The position numbers and the translations under genes are program-made. The notes under the pieces were generated by a model. That model was not told where the DNA came from and made no database searches. It saw only the letters and a program-made list of their open reading frames with translations. 64,000 nucleotides of DNA from Tricharina praecox. Taxonomy: Eukaryota. Below are positions 37,479 to 49,579 of the stretch, piece by piece. Each line of letters starts with the position of its first letter. Within the stretch, counting starts at the first letter, position 1. The stretch covers positions 186,001-250,000 of the forward strand of contig NW_026250414.1 in the NCBI RefSeq assembly GCF_024521635.1. Reading direction: 5' to 3'.

Positions 37479-37571
37479 GATCAACACGGTGATCAACACG
37501 GTGATCAATACGGTGATCAATACGGTGATCAACGCGGTGATCAATACGGGATCAATACGGTGATCAATACG
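37479..37571. repeat. (GGTGATCAAYAC)n 12-bp minisatellite, ~7-8 units
   Basis: Direct reading. Confidence 0.9.
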
Positions 37572-38901
37572 AGCTTCGGGGACATCAGTACTCTCGCTAT
37601 TGATCTACAGCCCGAGAACACGGACTGCGGACCGCGGTTGGTTGGCGTTCGGGATACACCGTCTTCGCGGTAACTAGGAGAGAGCAGTGAGAGAGTAGAG
37701 AACTGCTGACTCGGACGCAGCCAGTAGGTTTCGGTATCCCCTCCGCCTGTTCACCGGGTCCGGCACAGACCTTTCCTCGCCTGGGCCCTATTGCTTCGGC
37801 ACTCACGACCGCGTGGATTAATTGGTGCCGAACAGTGAACTCATTGCCAGGAGGTCGGAGCGGTGGAAGAAGGTCTAGTATGTACTGTGCGGTGCGACTG
37901 CTAGCGATGCCCGAAATCCAGCACGAGTAGCCTATAGATACTGCTACCGTAGTAGGGACTTCCCAGCGGCCCCACGGGCAAGAGCGGCCGATACACGATT
38001 TCCGGAATCCGAACTACAGACTCTACTATCGAGCAACTACCTACCTCCTCAATGTATCTCCTCAACAGGCTCACCGCCCTCCGCCCGGCGAGCGCTCCAC
38101 AATCCGCAATCCACAGAGGAATCCACAGAGGCGGGGACATCCTGTATGAGTACATAAGCGCGAGTGAGCACCCATGGGCCATGAGCGGGCACCCTCGCCC
38201 ACCCTCCCCCACTCTGCCGCGCGCGCGTCCTACCCGCCCCCCTCTCCCGCCCCCCCTCTCCCGCCCACTTCCCCCACCCCTCTCCCGTATCCTTCTGATC
38301 CCCGTGTCCACCCAGTCGCCCAGAAGCCCAGAAGCCCAGGTCGAGAAGCCCAAGTCGAGAAAGGCAAGTCAACATCCCCCCAAGTTCCAACTAGCGAGCC
38401 CGCATCTCGCATCTCGCATCTCGGCACACGGCAGTGGGCACCTCCCATGATCCATCCCCATCATCCCCATCTGGTTCACTTCACTAAAATCTCACCTGCT
38501 TATGTAGAGCATATGTAGAGTAGAGTATATTTTGCGCACGATCCGTAGAGTACTCTACATCGGTGTCTACTCCACATAACTACGGTACGTTCCTGAGATG
38601 CGGGACCCGGGTTCATCATAGAGTAGAGTACAATACACGTTCTATTCCCTGGGCCTGGTCAGTGGTCGGGGGTTGACTGTTGACTGTTGACATGGTGTAG
38701 AGTCCAGACTCCAGACTCCAAGGAAAGGGGATCCCATCCCATCATCCCAGCCTCTAGGTTGTGCTGTGCAGTTACAGCAAAGAAAATTCGGTATGAAGTA
38801 TGTAGCAAAATTTTAAAAAAGATACGGAAACGCACATACATGGTATGCCATGATTGCCATCAAGAAAAAATGTAAATACAAGTAGATAGTAGCAGAAGTA
38901 G

Positions 38902-38932
<31 letters not shown>

Positions 38933-38960
38933 CAGTAGAAGTAGAAGCATGAACCCGCAT

Positions 38961-41900
38961 TTATTCACTCTTTCCCGCCACCAAAGAAACCTTCTCCAAG
39001 CGCGCCTGCATCTGCAGTAGTTCCACTTCCGCGTCCTTTGGCGGCGGCGGCGGCGGCGGCAACATGTATGCCCTTGCGACCTCGATGGGTCCCTCGAGCT
39101 CGGCGTACTGGCCGGCGCGATATGCACGTTTTATACTCGGCCTCTCCGCCAGCGCGTTGACATACTTCTCCAAAGTCTCGCCCAGGGGCAGCTGGAGCTG
39201 CTGATCCCTCCGGATCTTCTCGAGAACAGGGTACACGGCGACATCGACAAGCGAGAACTCATTGCCGGCTGCGAACCGGGATGTGACGAGGTACGAATTC
39301 CAGACGGCCAGTTGCGCTGCAACCTCCTTCGTCGCGCCGCGCCGAAAGGAGTTGAGCAGGCGCTCCGATTCTTGCAGACGGTTGAGCGCGAGCGCGTATT
39401 TCGAACGCTCCTCGGTTGGCATAGGGAGGAGCCACGGTCCATCGCTGCTGGGCGGGGTGTGGTACATTTCCAGGTATTGTATGATCGCTAGGGAGTCGTG
39501 CATCGCGGTGCGTTCGCGGTCGGTATCGAGGAATACCGGGGTTTCGCCGTGAAGGGTGTATGTGGAGAGCGAGGGTAATTGTTCGGGCGTGAGGATCTGC
39601 TCGGTGAAGTCTACCTCTTTCTCGTAGAGGCATATCTTGATGCGCGCTGTGGCTTCATCCAGAATACCGGAGGTGAGAATTCGTGGTTTGGGCACTTGCA
39701 TGTGGAGGACATCGAAGCCGGAACCGTAGCAGGTCTCCCAATCCACATCGTTCCGCTGATTCTCGGTTCCAAACGCTTGAATGAGGTTTTCGGTGGCCTC
39801 GCTGGCTCCGTTGATGATGGGGTGCGCATCATCGCTAGACTTCGCCCTTGCGCCTTGTCCCCAGATCTTTTGCTCGTCTTTAGATAGAAACGTGGCGATG
39901 TGGCGGAATGTCAGAGATATACGCTCGCCGTTGTAAGCTAGCTCCTGCTCGGACTTGAGGTTTTGTGCGCGTCTGTCTTGTTTGATGCCGTGAAGCCATG
40001 CCTTGTTGGTATCGGGACCCAGGACGAACATTGAATTGTGTGGCATGGGGATGCGTTGCATATCACGTTTGGTACCAGTTTTCGTGTCTTTACCTTGTTC
40101 CTTCTTCTCATCTTCCACCTCTGGTTTCTTTGGCGTGAAATCCCTTTTCATTTTAAGGATCATCGTTCGCTGGGCTCCAAGACTGACATTGACGATCTTC
40201 GATCTCCGTGCAATATCCAGTGTTTTATCGGAATGTTCAGAGATATAATCCCCACCGTGACGATAATGCTGGATCAAGACGTGGTTGATTGGATGTTTCA
40301 AGAAATTTTGGACTTCCTGTCGGATCAGCTCGACGGTTGGGGAGAAAGGCAGCAGCGGCGGCGATTCATCGGACGGGTGTCTATATATCGGAAAACTGCG
40401 CCCGCTTTCTTAGCCTTGTAATTGGCCGCAACAGCAGCGAACGGGATATACGAACCTTCCATCTTCCGCAATTTCACCCTCTACAGCAACTAATCTGGGG
40501 ACTTCTCCGCCTCGGTGGAACATGCTCCTCCACGCCACCTCTTTCTTGAGTCTCTCAAAGACGGTTCCGGCGAGATCATCTGGTAAGATGTTGTAGAGAA
40601 TGAACGAATCTCCGTCGCCGAGTTTGTCCCCCACTCCAAGAACTGGTGCGTCACTTTCGAACTTTCTTAGTTTATAGGTTGGTTTATCGACGGGTGGGGC
40701 TGTAGTAGCTTTCTCATTCGCAGGCTTTTCGGCCTCCTTTACTGCCGCGGGCTTCTCCCCTTCTGCCGTTGGCTTCTCTTCTGCCGTTACCGCCGTCGAC
40801 TTCTCCTCCACCTTCATTGCCGCCAATTTCTCCGTCATAATCATGGCCTCCGCTTCCGCCCTCGCATCCGCCGCCTCCGCATCCGCAAGAATCTTCGCCA
40901 CCTTGGCGGCCCCAGGTACACCCCCAGGCCTGCGTTGTGAGGGCTTTCTTTCCACTCGGTCACCCTTAGCTGCACTCCTTCGTAGCGACGGCCCCCTCTG
41001 CACCCGCCCCTTCTCCCCGGGCTCCGCATCCTCTGCAGATACCTGTGCAACCAGTGACCTCCGGGCATCCTTTCCCCTATCGCCGTTCTCGCCGCTGGAA
41101 GACCCTAGTATGGTCGACCGCAGTCCCTCGACCACCTTCGACAGCTCCTCCTTGGACATTCCCGTAGCGCCCAGCCCCATACACGGCACACTCCCCTTGC
41201 TACTCTTATCATTCTCCCACGTCTTCATCAAGTTAAAGCTATCCATCTTCTCGACCGCAAAGTCGTTCACCAAAACCTCGAGCGCCGAGTCATGCGCGGA
41301 CTGACTCCGATACCCGAGACAATCCTCGAGCACCCAGACCTCAAACCCATGCCTGGCCGCATCCGCCGCTGTAGCAAGCACATCGACATTCGTCATCAAT
41401 CCCACGATCACTAGCTGCGTAACCAGCCTCCCGCGCAGCGTCTTCAACAACTCCGTATCCTTAAACGCCGAGTACCAGCTCTTCGTCACCTCCCTATCCG
41501 GCGGCAGCACCATCATCCCACGCACGGGCTCATGCCACTCACTCGCGGGGGTCCCCTTCGAGACGGGGGGATGCTGGGACTCAATGGACAGGTAAGCATC
41601 AGTGAGCAGCGGCGGCCTCGTAGGCCCATTCCCATCCTTGACTGCGACCCTCCCGCCCTTCTGTCTCGGCACATGTCTCACGCCCTTCCCAAAGTCCGAG
41701 TCGCCCTCCTCAGGCTCCTCTTCCGTCAGCTCCTCCTCGCTGTCGGAGTCGTTCACGACCAGGATCGTCTCTTCGACGCGCGGATCGGTGAAGTCGCGTC
41801 GCGCGCGCGACTCGCTGCGGATCCAGATGACGTCGCCGCCGAGCGCGCGGAAGCGCGGCAGGAGCTGGCCGATCGAGCGTAGGAACTGCGGTTGCTGCAA

Positions 41901-42089
41901 GGCGTCGGCTGAGGCGAGTGGGAGCAGACATCGCCCCGTCGGCGGATTCAGGAACTCTTTCTATGGACGGAATGTAAGCACTTGTACAGACCGGCTGTTA
42001 GGCGGTGCTGACAGGGAACGGAGGGCGTAGGTAGAGTAGAGTACCTGGAGATCAAGCACGAGAAGTGCTCGCTGCGATGGTGCTTGCAT
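38961..42089 (-). CDS. Isochorismatase-like + AlkB-type 2OG-Fe(II) dioxygenase + GST-like fusion protein (~994 aa)
   Basis: Exons 42089-42045, 41960-40456, 40395-38961. ALLVLDLQ, TKSWYSAF, GLMTNVDVLATA (cysteine-hydrolase fold); HRGGEVPRLV, NHVLIQHYR, ISEHSDK, WLHGI, RISLTFR (AlkB); ETPVF..DSLAIIQYL, FAAGNEFSLVDVAVYP, LAERPS (GST). Confidence 0.9.
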
Positions 42090-43576
42090 TGACTCCGACT
42101 CCTCCTCGCTGGGCTGTTTGTGGTAGGTATTGGATTGGATGGTGGATCTGTTCTGCTGCTCGCTCCGTCTCGCGCGTGGTGATCTGAGCAGAGGTATTGT
42201 AGCTTAGCAGGCCGCGCAACCTAGGTAGTGGACGGTGATGGTGGGGTTGTGTTAGTCTATTTGTAGAGCAGCTAACTACCGTCTAGGACTCAAGGTACTT
42301 GGGGCCTCGGGCACTGGGCAGTTGAGTCATTCACTTTGTCACACCAGGGACTCCAGTAGTCACCAGTGGGCTACATAAAGGCAATGTGAAGTCACGGAAA
42401 GTTTTCTTTCTCGGTGTGACACGAACTCTATGTAGAGAGGGGAATACAGGTGATTTTTTTTCCCCCTTCGTGCAACGGTTGTGAGAATGTGGAGAAATGT
42501 GGACCCCTGCGAGATCGGACCGGGAAGGTGTGTACGAGTCGTCATGAGATATCACTCATGCATAGCATGAAAAAGGTACTTTGCAGATCTTCAACATGTG
42601 GTGACAAGAGGCGAGGAAGACTTCGAAATATGGCTCCGCCTTCACTGAATTGTATGGGGTAATTGTCTATTTGGTGCGTTTCCGGTATGTAGGTACGTAC
42701 CTCGGCCTGTCCGGTAAGACGTGTTGATAAGTAGCATTGACGTCTCGGGGATGCCGATGCTTGCATACAGTGTGCAGTGCCCGCCTCTCCTGCTACTTAC
42801 ATAGCCAGATGAATACGAACGAGTGGCCTCAGGGTGTTGATCTGTGCTGTGGTTAACTCATACTCCGTTCAGGTCACCGGTACAATTCGGACCCACTCTA
42901 TCACCTAGCGATACCGGTGGACGGAGTGGCCGATTGGTAGAGGGATTGCCGAACTGTTTCTGTTTGTATGTAGCCGTCGTTGGGCTGAAAAGGTACATAC
43001 GCAGAACTGCGGGGCTAGTTAGGAGAGGTATGTACTTAAAAATGTATGCATATGTGGAGTACATATGAGGAAATTCACGGCGGGATGATACGGGAATATG
43101 GTACGATCTTTTAAGTTTTGATAATCGAATGCTACATACAATGTAAAGTACCATCTTATGACAATGTCAAGTTTTAACTTTCACTATGGGAATTATTGCG
43201 CTAGGTACTGTCGCTTGGATGTTGGTCGTCTGATGTCGAGGGCCCATTCACGTTGAGAGCTTATTCGCCTGCGAACCTTCAACCAAGAAGGTTGAAGCCG
43301 AATTAGGATTGCCGGTTTCCTATCAATATCAGGATTATGTCGTACAGCTCTAGCGGATACCTAGGCAGTTCTTGGAAAGGGAAGGTTCCGCATCTCTCTG
43401 ACTCCACTACACAACATAATCACAATTCAACACTCGAGCCCTCGGTAGTATTATGTACTCGCTCCAACAATGAGCACAGCTTATGGAATATGTGTAAGTC
43501 AGATCGATGCATGTCGATCGAGCTCGGGCTAATTGCATGGATATCTCAAGCCAGTCAAAATCGGATTGTATAGGTA

Positions 43577-44216
43577 AAGTACTAGGTCAAAAGTTTTTGT
43601 ACAAGGGCCGTTTTACACCAAAAATGCCCATTTTCAAGCAACCAAAACCCACCCTTTACGTGGCGGAAAAAAATCGAGTCTTTCATAGAAGCTTTAGAAT
43701 CGCAAGATGCATCATATATAAGAATTCTGACGGCTTTTACTTCGGATTGGTGGCGCATGGGTTGGTGTTGTGCATGGGTTGGAGAGTGAGTTCAGATTTT
43801 GTATGGGGCCCCCATACAAAATTATTGCGTGAAAACCAGTTTCACCACCAACTTTTCTCCCATACGGCATTACTCAACCACCACCAATTAGAATTATATG
43901 CCAATTTCAATCGAGGTTCTCTACCTGATTTAGAAGACCTTCTAGTGGTCCACATATTTTTATACTACCTTATGGTTGCTGTATATCTGGCGGAGAATGA
44001 CCTGCCTCCGTGAAAGGGAAATCCGCCAAGCCACCCTACTTCGCATAAAATAATCAGCCTAGCGGGCTGGAAGTCTCATTGAAGCTTTATTAGTATGTAT
44101 TCATGATATATGCCAATTATTACTACTTTATAATTTGTAGTTGTTGTGTTAGAGAGACATATGTCTGTGGTGTGGTGGCGCTGTTGAGGTGTACAAAAAC
44201 TTTTGACCTGGTACTT
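43577..44216. mobile_element. Non-autonomous Tc1/mariner-type DNA transposon (MITE), 640 bp
   Basis: 27-bp TIRs AAGTAC[T/C]AGGTCAAAAGTTTTTGTACA (1 mismatch) at 43577-43603 and 44190-44216, flanked by TA at 43575-76 and 44217-18; AT-rich interior, no transposase. Confidence 0.88.
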
Positions 44217-45174
44217 TAATTCGGATACGAGTCACCAGCCTTGACTCGTTGACCTTGAATCACCGTCTATTTCGTTGCCCGCACGATTCCGCGATAGACA
44301 GTCATCTAGGTATATTCGAAGTACCCAGACAAAACTTGCTGCAAACAAGAGAATATCGCTTTCATCTCAGTTAGAACAGCTCGTATAATATGTACGAGCA
44401 GTCCTCCACATAGGGAGGGGGTGAAGAAGTAAAGGATGGAAGGAGGAGAAGCACCGAATGTGGCCATGCGGAGATCAGATAGAGAGTGATTTTACTTGAC
44501 AGCAGTTGCGAGAGATCTGAGCTACCGTATGAGCGTATGGTGCTGGTGATTACTCTAGGTATTTTACATAACCGCCATCCTCATATGTCTATATTCCGAC
44601 ATATTGCAGAGGGCCACGTACTAATGAAATAGTTAATTCCCGATCAATAGTGGTCTTGGTCACTACTTACCTACGTTGCAAGCCTGGCTTGACATGTATG
44701 ATCCTCCTACTCACGTATACCCTCTCTGTCGTTAATGGCTAGGTATATCAATCATAGTGTTTACATACACAAAGGGGACTTCAAGCTTCCTCCCGGGTTT
44801 ATTTCTCCTCCATCACCAGCCCATCCCTCTACACGATCACAGCCTTCTCTTCAAGAAGCTTATTGGACATCCATAGCCGTGGTAGATCTCCGCAAGATTC
44901 CGTGTAGCCACGTACGTACCTATCCCGTGCTGTGCCTTCCCGTCCGTCGCTCCCACTCGCCCGTCTCTCCCTCCCAAGGCTTACGGACCGCCGGAGATCT
45001 ACTTACCTACCTGTTCCCATGGCCACGAAACAAAACCAAAAATCTGTTTGTTTGCACAGCTCTGTATAAAATCCCCACCACCGTGGCATGTATGCATGTA
45101 CCTATGTAAATGGCCCCTCGCCGCGCCCATACCTACATATATCCACCCTCGACACCTTAATAAACCCACCAAAT

Positions 45175-46113
45175 ATGCCGAACTCTCCTCTCCGCTACCA
45201 CCACGTCCTGTTCTCAACCGACGGGAGCATAACTCCGCTGATCGCCACCTCACTTCTGCCCAACAGCCTGACTATCCTCCCGCCTGCCGACCCGGGCAGC
45301 ATCGTGGCGCTGCAGGAGTACGCCGTCCTGCCGTGTCCGCCGCCGCCGCCGCCCCCGCCGTCTCCGAGCTCGCTGTGTACTGCCGCCTCCCGGGAAGCGG
45401 TAAGGGAGGATGAAGATGATCTGGAGCTGAATCCGCCGTGGTTGGAGAAGGAGGAGAAGAGGGACGAGGAAAAGGAAGAGGAGGAGGAGAGGGAGAAGGG
45501 GGTGAAGGGGGAGTGCGTATATTTCCAGCGAAGGGAGGGGTGTAAACGCGGTGATGCATGCAGATTTGGTCACCGGGCTGACAGCGGCGAGGAAAGGGAA
45601 CAAAGGCTGGAGGTGTGGAGGGGGAGGGCACAGGGGAGTAATATTGTGAGTTCTTGGTCCCACAAAAGAGTGGATATGAGGACGCTGATACGCTCACAGC
45701 AAACTTATGGCTCCTTCTCCACCACGGAGAGGAAAGTACTAGTGGCGTGCCCTACCCCCGGAAGGATCGTGGATCCTACAGACCCAAGGAAGTTGCTAAA
45801 GACGCATTGTACCTTCTTCCTGCGGTTTGGCGAATGCGACTACTGGCCAAAGTGTAAGTTTTCACATGATCAGCCCGAGAGTGATGGGCCGGTGCATAGG
45901 GTTCGCCGGGGTGGCAGTTACAGCAGCTGGGGAAAGCTCGGTGAGAGGATGGTGGATAGGCTTGGTGTGGCTGAACTCAGGGGGAAGGAGATCGAGAAGG
46001 AGGAGGTCGGGAGAAAGGACGAGAAGGAGAAGCAGGCTATGGGACTTCAAAGGTCGAGCAGAGAACCCGCGGAAACGCGGAAGAACGAACAGCTGATTAC
46101 GTTGCTGGACTAA
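45175..46113 (+). CDS. Protein with two CCCH (C-x8-C-x5-C-x3-H) zinc fingers, putative RNA-binding
   Basis: CVYFQRREGCKRGDACRFGH and CTFFLRFGECDYWPKCKFSH; N-terminal DGSITPLIA motif. Confidence 0.8.
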   Translation: MPNSPLRYHHVLFSTDGSITPLIATSLLPNSLTILPPADPGSIVALQEYAVLPCPPPPPPPPSPSSLCTAASREAVREDEDDLELNPPWLEKEEKRDEEKEEEEEREKGVKGECVYFQRREGCKRGDACRFGHRADSGEEREQRLEVWRGRAQGSNIVSSWSHKRVDMRTLIRSQQTYGSFSTTERKVLVACPTPGRIVDPTDPRKLLKTHCTFFLRFGECDYWPKCKFSHDQPESDGPVHRVRRGGSYSSWGKLGERMVDRLGVAELRGKEIEKEEVGRKDEKEKQAMGLQRSSREPAETRKNEQLITLLD

Positions 46114-46186
46114 AGGACGGATGCGCTGGTGGTGGTAGCCGCGGTGAGGATTATATCATACATTAGATAGATAGAAGTTGCCAATC

Positions 46187-47372
46187 TTAACTTTCGAATT
46201 GAATCCCGTCGTGCCCAATGGTGTAATGGAATCTTGTCGTCTCTCGACCGTGATAATTGGCCTGGATACCCACGCTCAAGGCGCGCACATCCACCCATCC
46301 AGAGAAGCAATCTCTATCCTTCTTTCCGGCGTTCTTCTCCCTCTGCTGTAGTGCCCCAACGATCGAAATACCCCTTCTGAACGTAACCGGATCATCCCTC
46401 TGGACCACCAACTTGACATCTACCAACTTCGCCCAAGCCAATGGTAGGTGCGATCGAAACGACATCCCCATACCCGCATCCTCAGTACTGTCAGCCAGCA
46501 TCTGCAGTCCCCAATTCGTGACCACAACGAATGCACCGAACTGCGCCGACACCTCGCGGATGCGCTGGGCGAGAGTGTTGTAGATATCCTGATACTCTGT
46601 CGATCCATTTTCCTTCTCGATAGATCCGGCGTGCCGGTCCTGCCAGTAGAAGGATGATAGTCCATCGATGAGAATTGCGTTCAAACGGCGGCTGGAGGAG
46701 AAATGGTTCTCGGGCTCGAACAGGTATCCACGGATGCCAGACAACATCTCGATCATTGACCGTGAGGACTGTGGGCGGTAGACATGAATATGGTTTAGTG
46801 CCTCTCTGGCCACAGTATCCAACTCGGTATCCGAGATTTCTGTTGCTCCGTAGCAGCGGAGGATATGCGATTTCATAATGGTGTGCAGCCGCTGGACATC
46901 GAAACGACCATCGGTGTCAAAAACGATCACGGCTGCCGGTTTACCGTGCAATGGTACGTCGTTATGCTCCTCGGGCAGCGTGGATAATGCCGCGATGTGG
47001 TAGAGAATATGTGTCTTTCCGCAGGCGGTGCTCATGCTCGTTATTTCGACGACGGGGCCGTAACGGTTCCTTGCTGGTCGAGCCTGTTGAAAGCCTTCTG
47101 GCGGTGGTGATGGTTCAGCATCCAAGGCGATGGACAATATCCTATCAAGCACGGGAATATTCGTCAGGTGTGTTGGCGGTACCAATTCCCTCCGGAGTGC
47201 GACACAGAGCTGTACATTGAGGATCATAAGCCGTCATTCGAGCAAGATTCAAGAAGCCGCGATTATCCGTGCAACAAACGCCGACGGAAACACTAAGACC
47301 CACCTCGCCACCGCCCATCCCCCGCACCTCGCCCAACAACCGCGCACCCAACGCACCCGGTGCCTCGGTCAT
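46187..47372 (-). CDS. Rad51 paralogue, XRCC2-like
   Basis: Start MTEAPGALGARLLGEV; second exon from 47209; VVEITS..CGKTH (Walker A), VFDTDGRFDVQRL, AILIDGLSSFYWQDR (Walker B). First donor site uncertain. Confidence 0.82.
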
Positions 47373-48163
47373 TTCCCTCCGCACTCGGTTTCGCTCGTAA
47401 TGATTCCCGTCGAGGTTTTCCACGCGTCCCGGTTGCCGCGGATGCTCCAAACCGATGTCCAAACCGGTCGGCGACGGAAGGTGTTGGTCGAAGCGCTCGA
47501 GCAGTGTCCGCTGAGGAAGATGGTGCAGTGGAAGTGTGAGCTGGAAGGAGAGCAGATCCGATGCTGGCCGACAGAGCGCTTTTTCAGGATGTAAGGACTT
47601 TTCCGGAGAACGACGGGCACGGAAGGGTGGGTATTGACGTACGGTGGATAGGTGCAAGGAGCTATCGGTGGAGGTGACGGAGTTTGAAAAGACAGTTGCG
47701 GCAACACACGGTGTCACGTCCCCACGATGAATCGAGAACACTCTGATCTGCACAATTGCCCTTCACTTTGCGTGTCTGCCCAATTAAGTACTGTATTTGT
47801 CAGGGCAATGCACTGCAGTGCTCGCCGCAGACTATAAGATAACAAAGAAAAGAAGAAGGAATCCCAACAGAAACGAAACACCCATCCGATATAGCACAGG
47901 AAAGCCCAAAAACCCAAACACGCCATGCAAGCAAAACACAAAGCAAAAAGAACAGACAAGAGGGACAAGCGCCTGCCAGAATCGACAAAGAAAACGCTTT
48001 ACTGATACAATGTACAAACCCTTTAAACAAGAACATCCGCCCTGTTCACCTCATCTCCTAGCCCCGCAATAGGATTGCCTGCCTGTCAATCTCTTGTTTT
48101 CCTGTCTCTAACTTTCTGCTGCTGCTGTCGAAAATCGGGTCTCCTTCGACCCTCGACGCGTCT

Positions 48164-49202
48164 CTATGATGCCCGTGGGCGTTTTTTGCTTCTTGTGTCC
48201 TTCCTCCAGAACTGGCTGTCCGAATTGACTACCACCTCCAGATAGCCATCGTCACTCTTGCTCTTGCTAGATGTGGTGGGGACCGGTTCGTTCATGATGC
48301 TACTCATGCTCTCTACTTCTTGGTGCCCATTCTGTTTCTTCACTCCGAAACTGTCTTTATCTGCGCTCAATCCCGCAAACGCTTTCTTCCATTCCTCATG
48401 CCTCTCCTTCCTCTTCTTGCTCACTTCCCCTTCACTCTCAAGTGCAGCCTCCTTGCGTGTAGCAGAAACAGCCAGCAACTTTCTCAGCGCCGTCTCCGCG
48501 AGCCTGGCCTCCGCTGTCGCTTTCTCACGAATCATCTTGGGATCGGTGGGTCGTTCAGCGAACACAGGTGTAGCTTGATATGTATGCAGACTCGGAAACG
48601 CGGGTAAATGATCGTAGATGCGGCATCGTTGATCCGTCGAGCCGTCGAGTTCGGGTCCGAGGAGTTCGGTAAGCTCTGGGTCTGGTGGAGGCGGAGGAGC
48701 CGGTGGTGGTAGCGAGATCGCGGGCGTCTTCGAGGGGACTCGGTGTATCTCGTCTTCGAGGCCAGCTAGGCCAATATTCCTCTCGAGGAGCATTGCTTCG
48801 AAATCGAGTACTGTCGGCTTTGTGCGCCTCTGCGCGCGGGTAAACTCTCCAATCGTATGTAGCATTTGCAAGTAATCTACAGAAAATCCCCATTATCAGC
48901 AACCGAGTTCGCAAATAGGTTTCTGGCTGGCTGGTGAGCGCCGTACAGTCTTCCGCAAGCTCGCGCAACCTCTCCTGCGCACTTGCTGTGAATCCCGTGA
49001 ACCCGACACTCTGCAGTATCAACGCCGAACTGCGATCTAGCAACGGCGTCACAATCTCCTCCGGCAACACCTGGGGGGCGTCGAGATTTCTTGGCTCTTC
49101 AGGCACCAACTCCCGGCGCCGTCGTTTTCTAGGGTGATGATGATTCGCGTCGAAGCATTCGTTGGGAGCAGCAAAAGATGGCTGCGACGTGCCGGTCGCC
49201 AT
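48164..49202 (-). CDS. TAF8: TFIID subunit TAF8 (Bromo_TP histone fold + TAF8_C)
   Basis: ILQSVGF..SAQERL, RAQRRTKPTVLDFE, HLPAFPSLHTYQATP, IREKATAEARLAETALRKL; exons 49202-48947, 48876-48164. Confidence 0.85.
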
Positions 49203-49579
49203 GATGCGCGCGAGATCGGAACGTGAATTATACAAAGCTAGATGTTGTCGATATCGGTCGCGCGCGGTTGGTGGGTTTGTTGGATGTAGGAAAGCGTGCA
49301 GTTTGAAATGACCCCAAAAGCACAGAGGAGCCTCCCGCTGCCACGTGACACGATGAGCAGAGCCGCTTGCCTCAAAAGTGCCAAGCACCTCGTTTACCAC
49401 GACCCACCACTTCCGGGTTCACCCCTCAGACCATTTCCCTCCGTCCTTATTCACAGCCCAATTCACACCCACCACCATCAACCTCGAACCTCCCACGGTA
49501 GGGCTACCTGCACTCGCTCGCTCGTGTTCCAGTCGCTCACAACAACTTTCTCGCGACAGTTCAGATCTCCACTCTCACA

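Noticed and set aside
43507..44013. 168-aa ORF overlapping the MITE, possible transposase
   Set aside because: Starts outside the TIR; no HTH or DDE motifs
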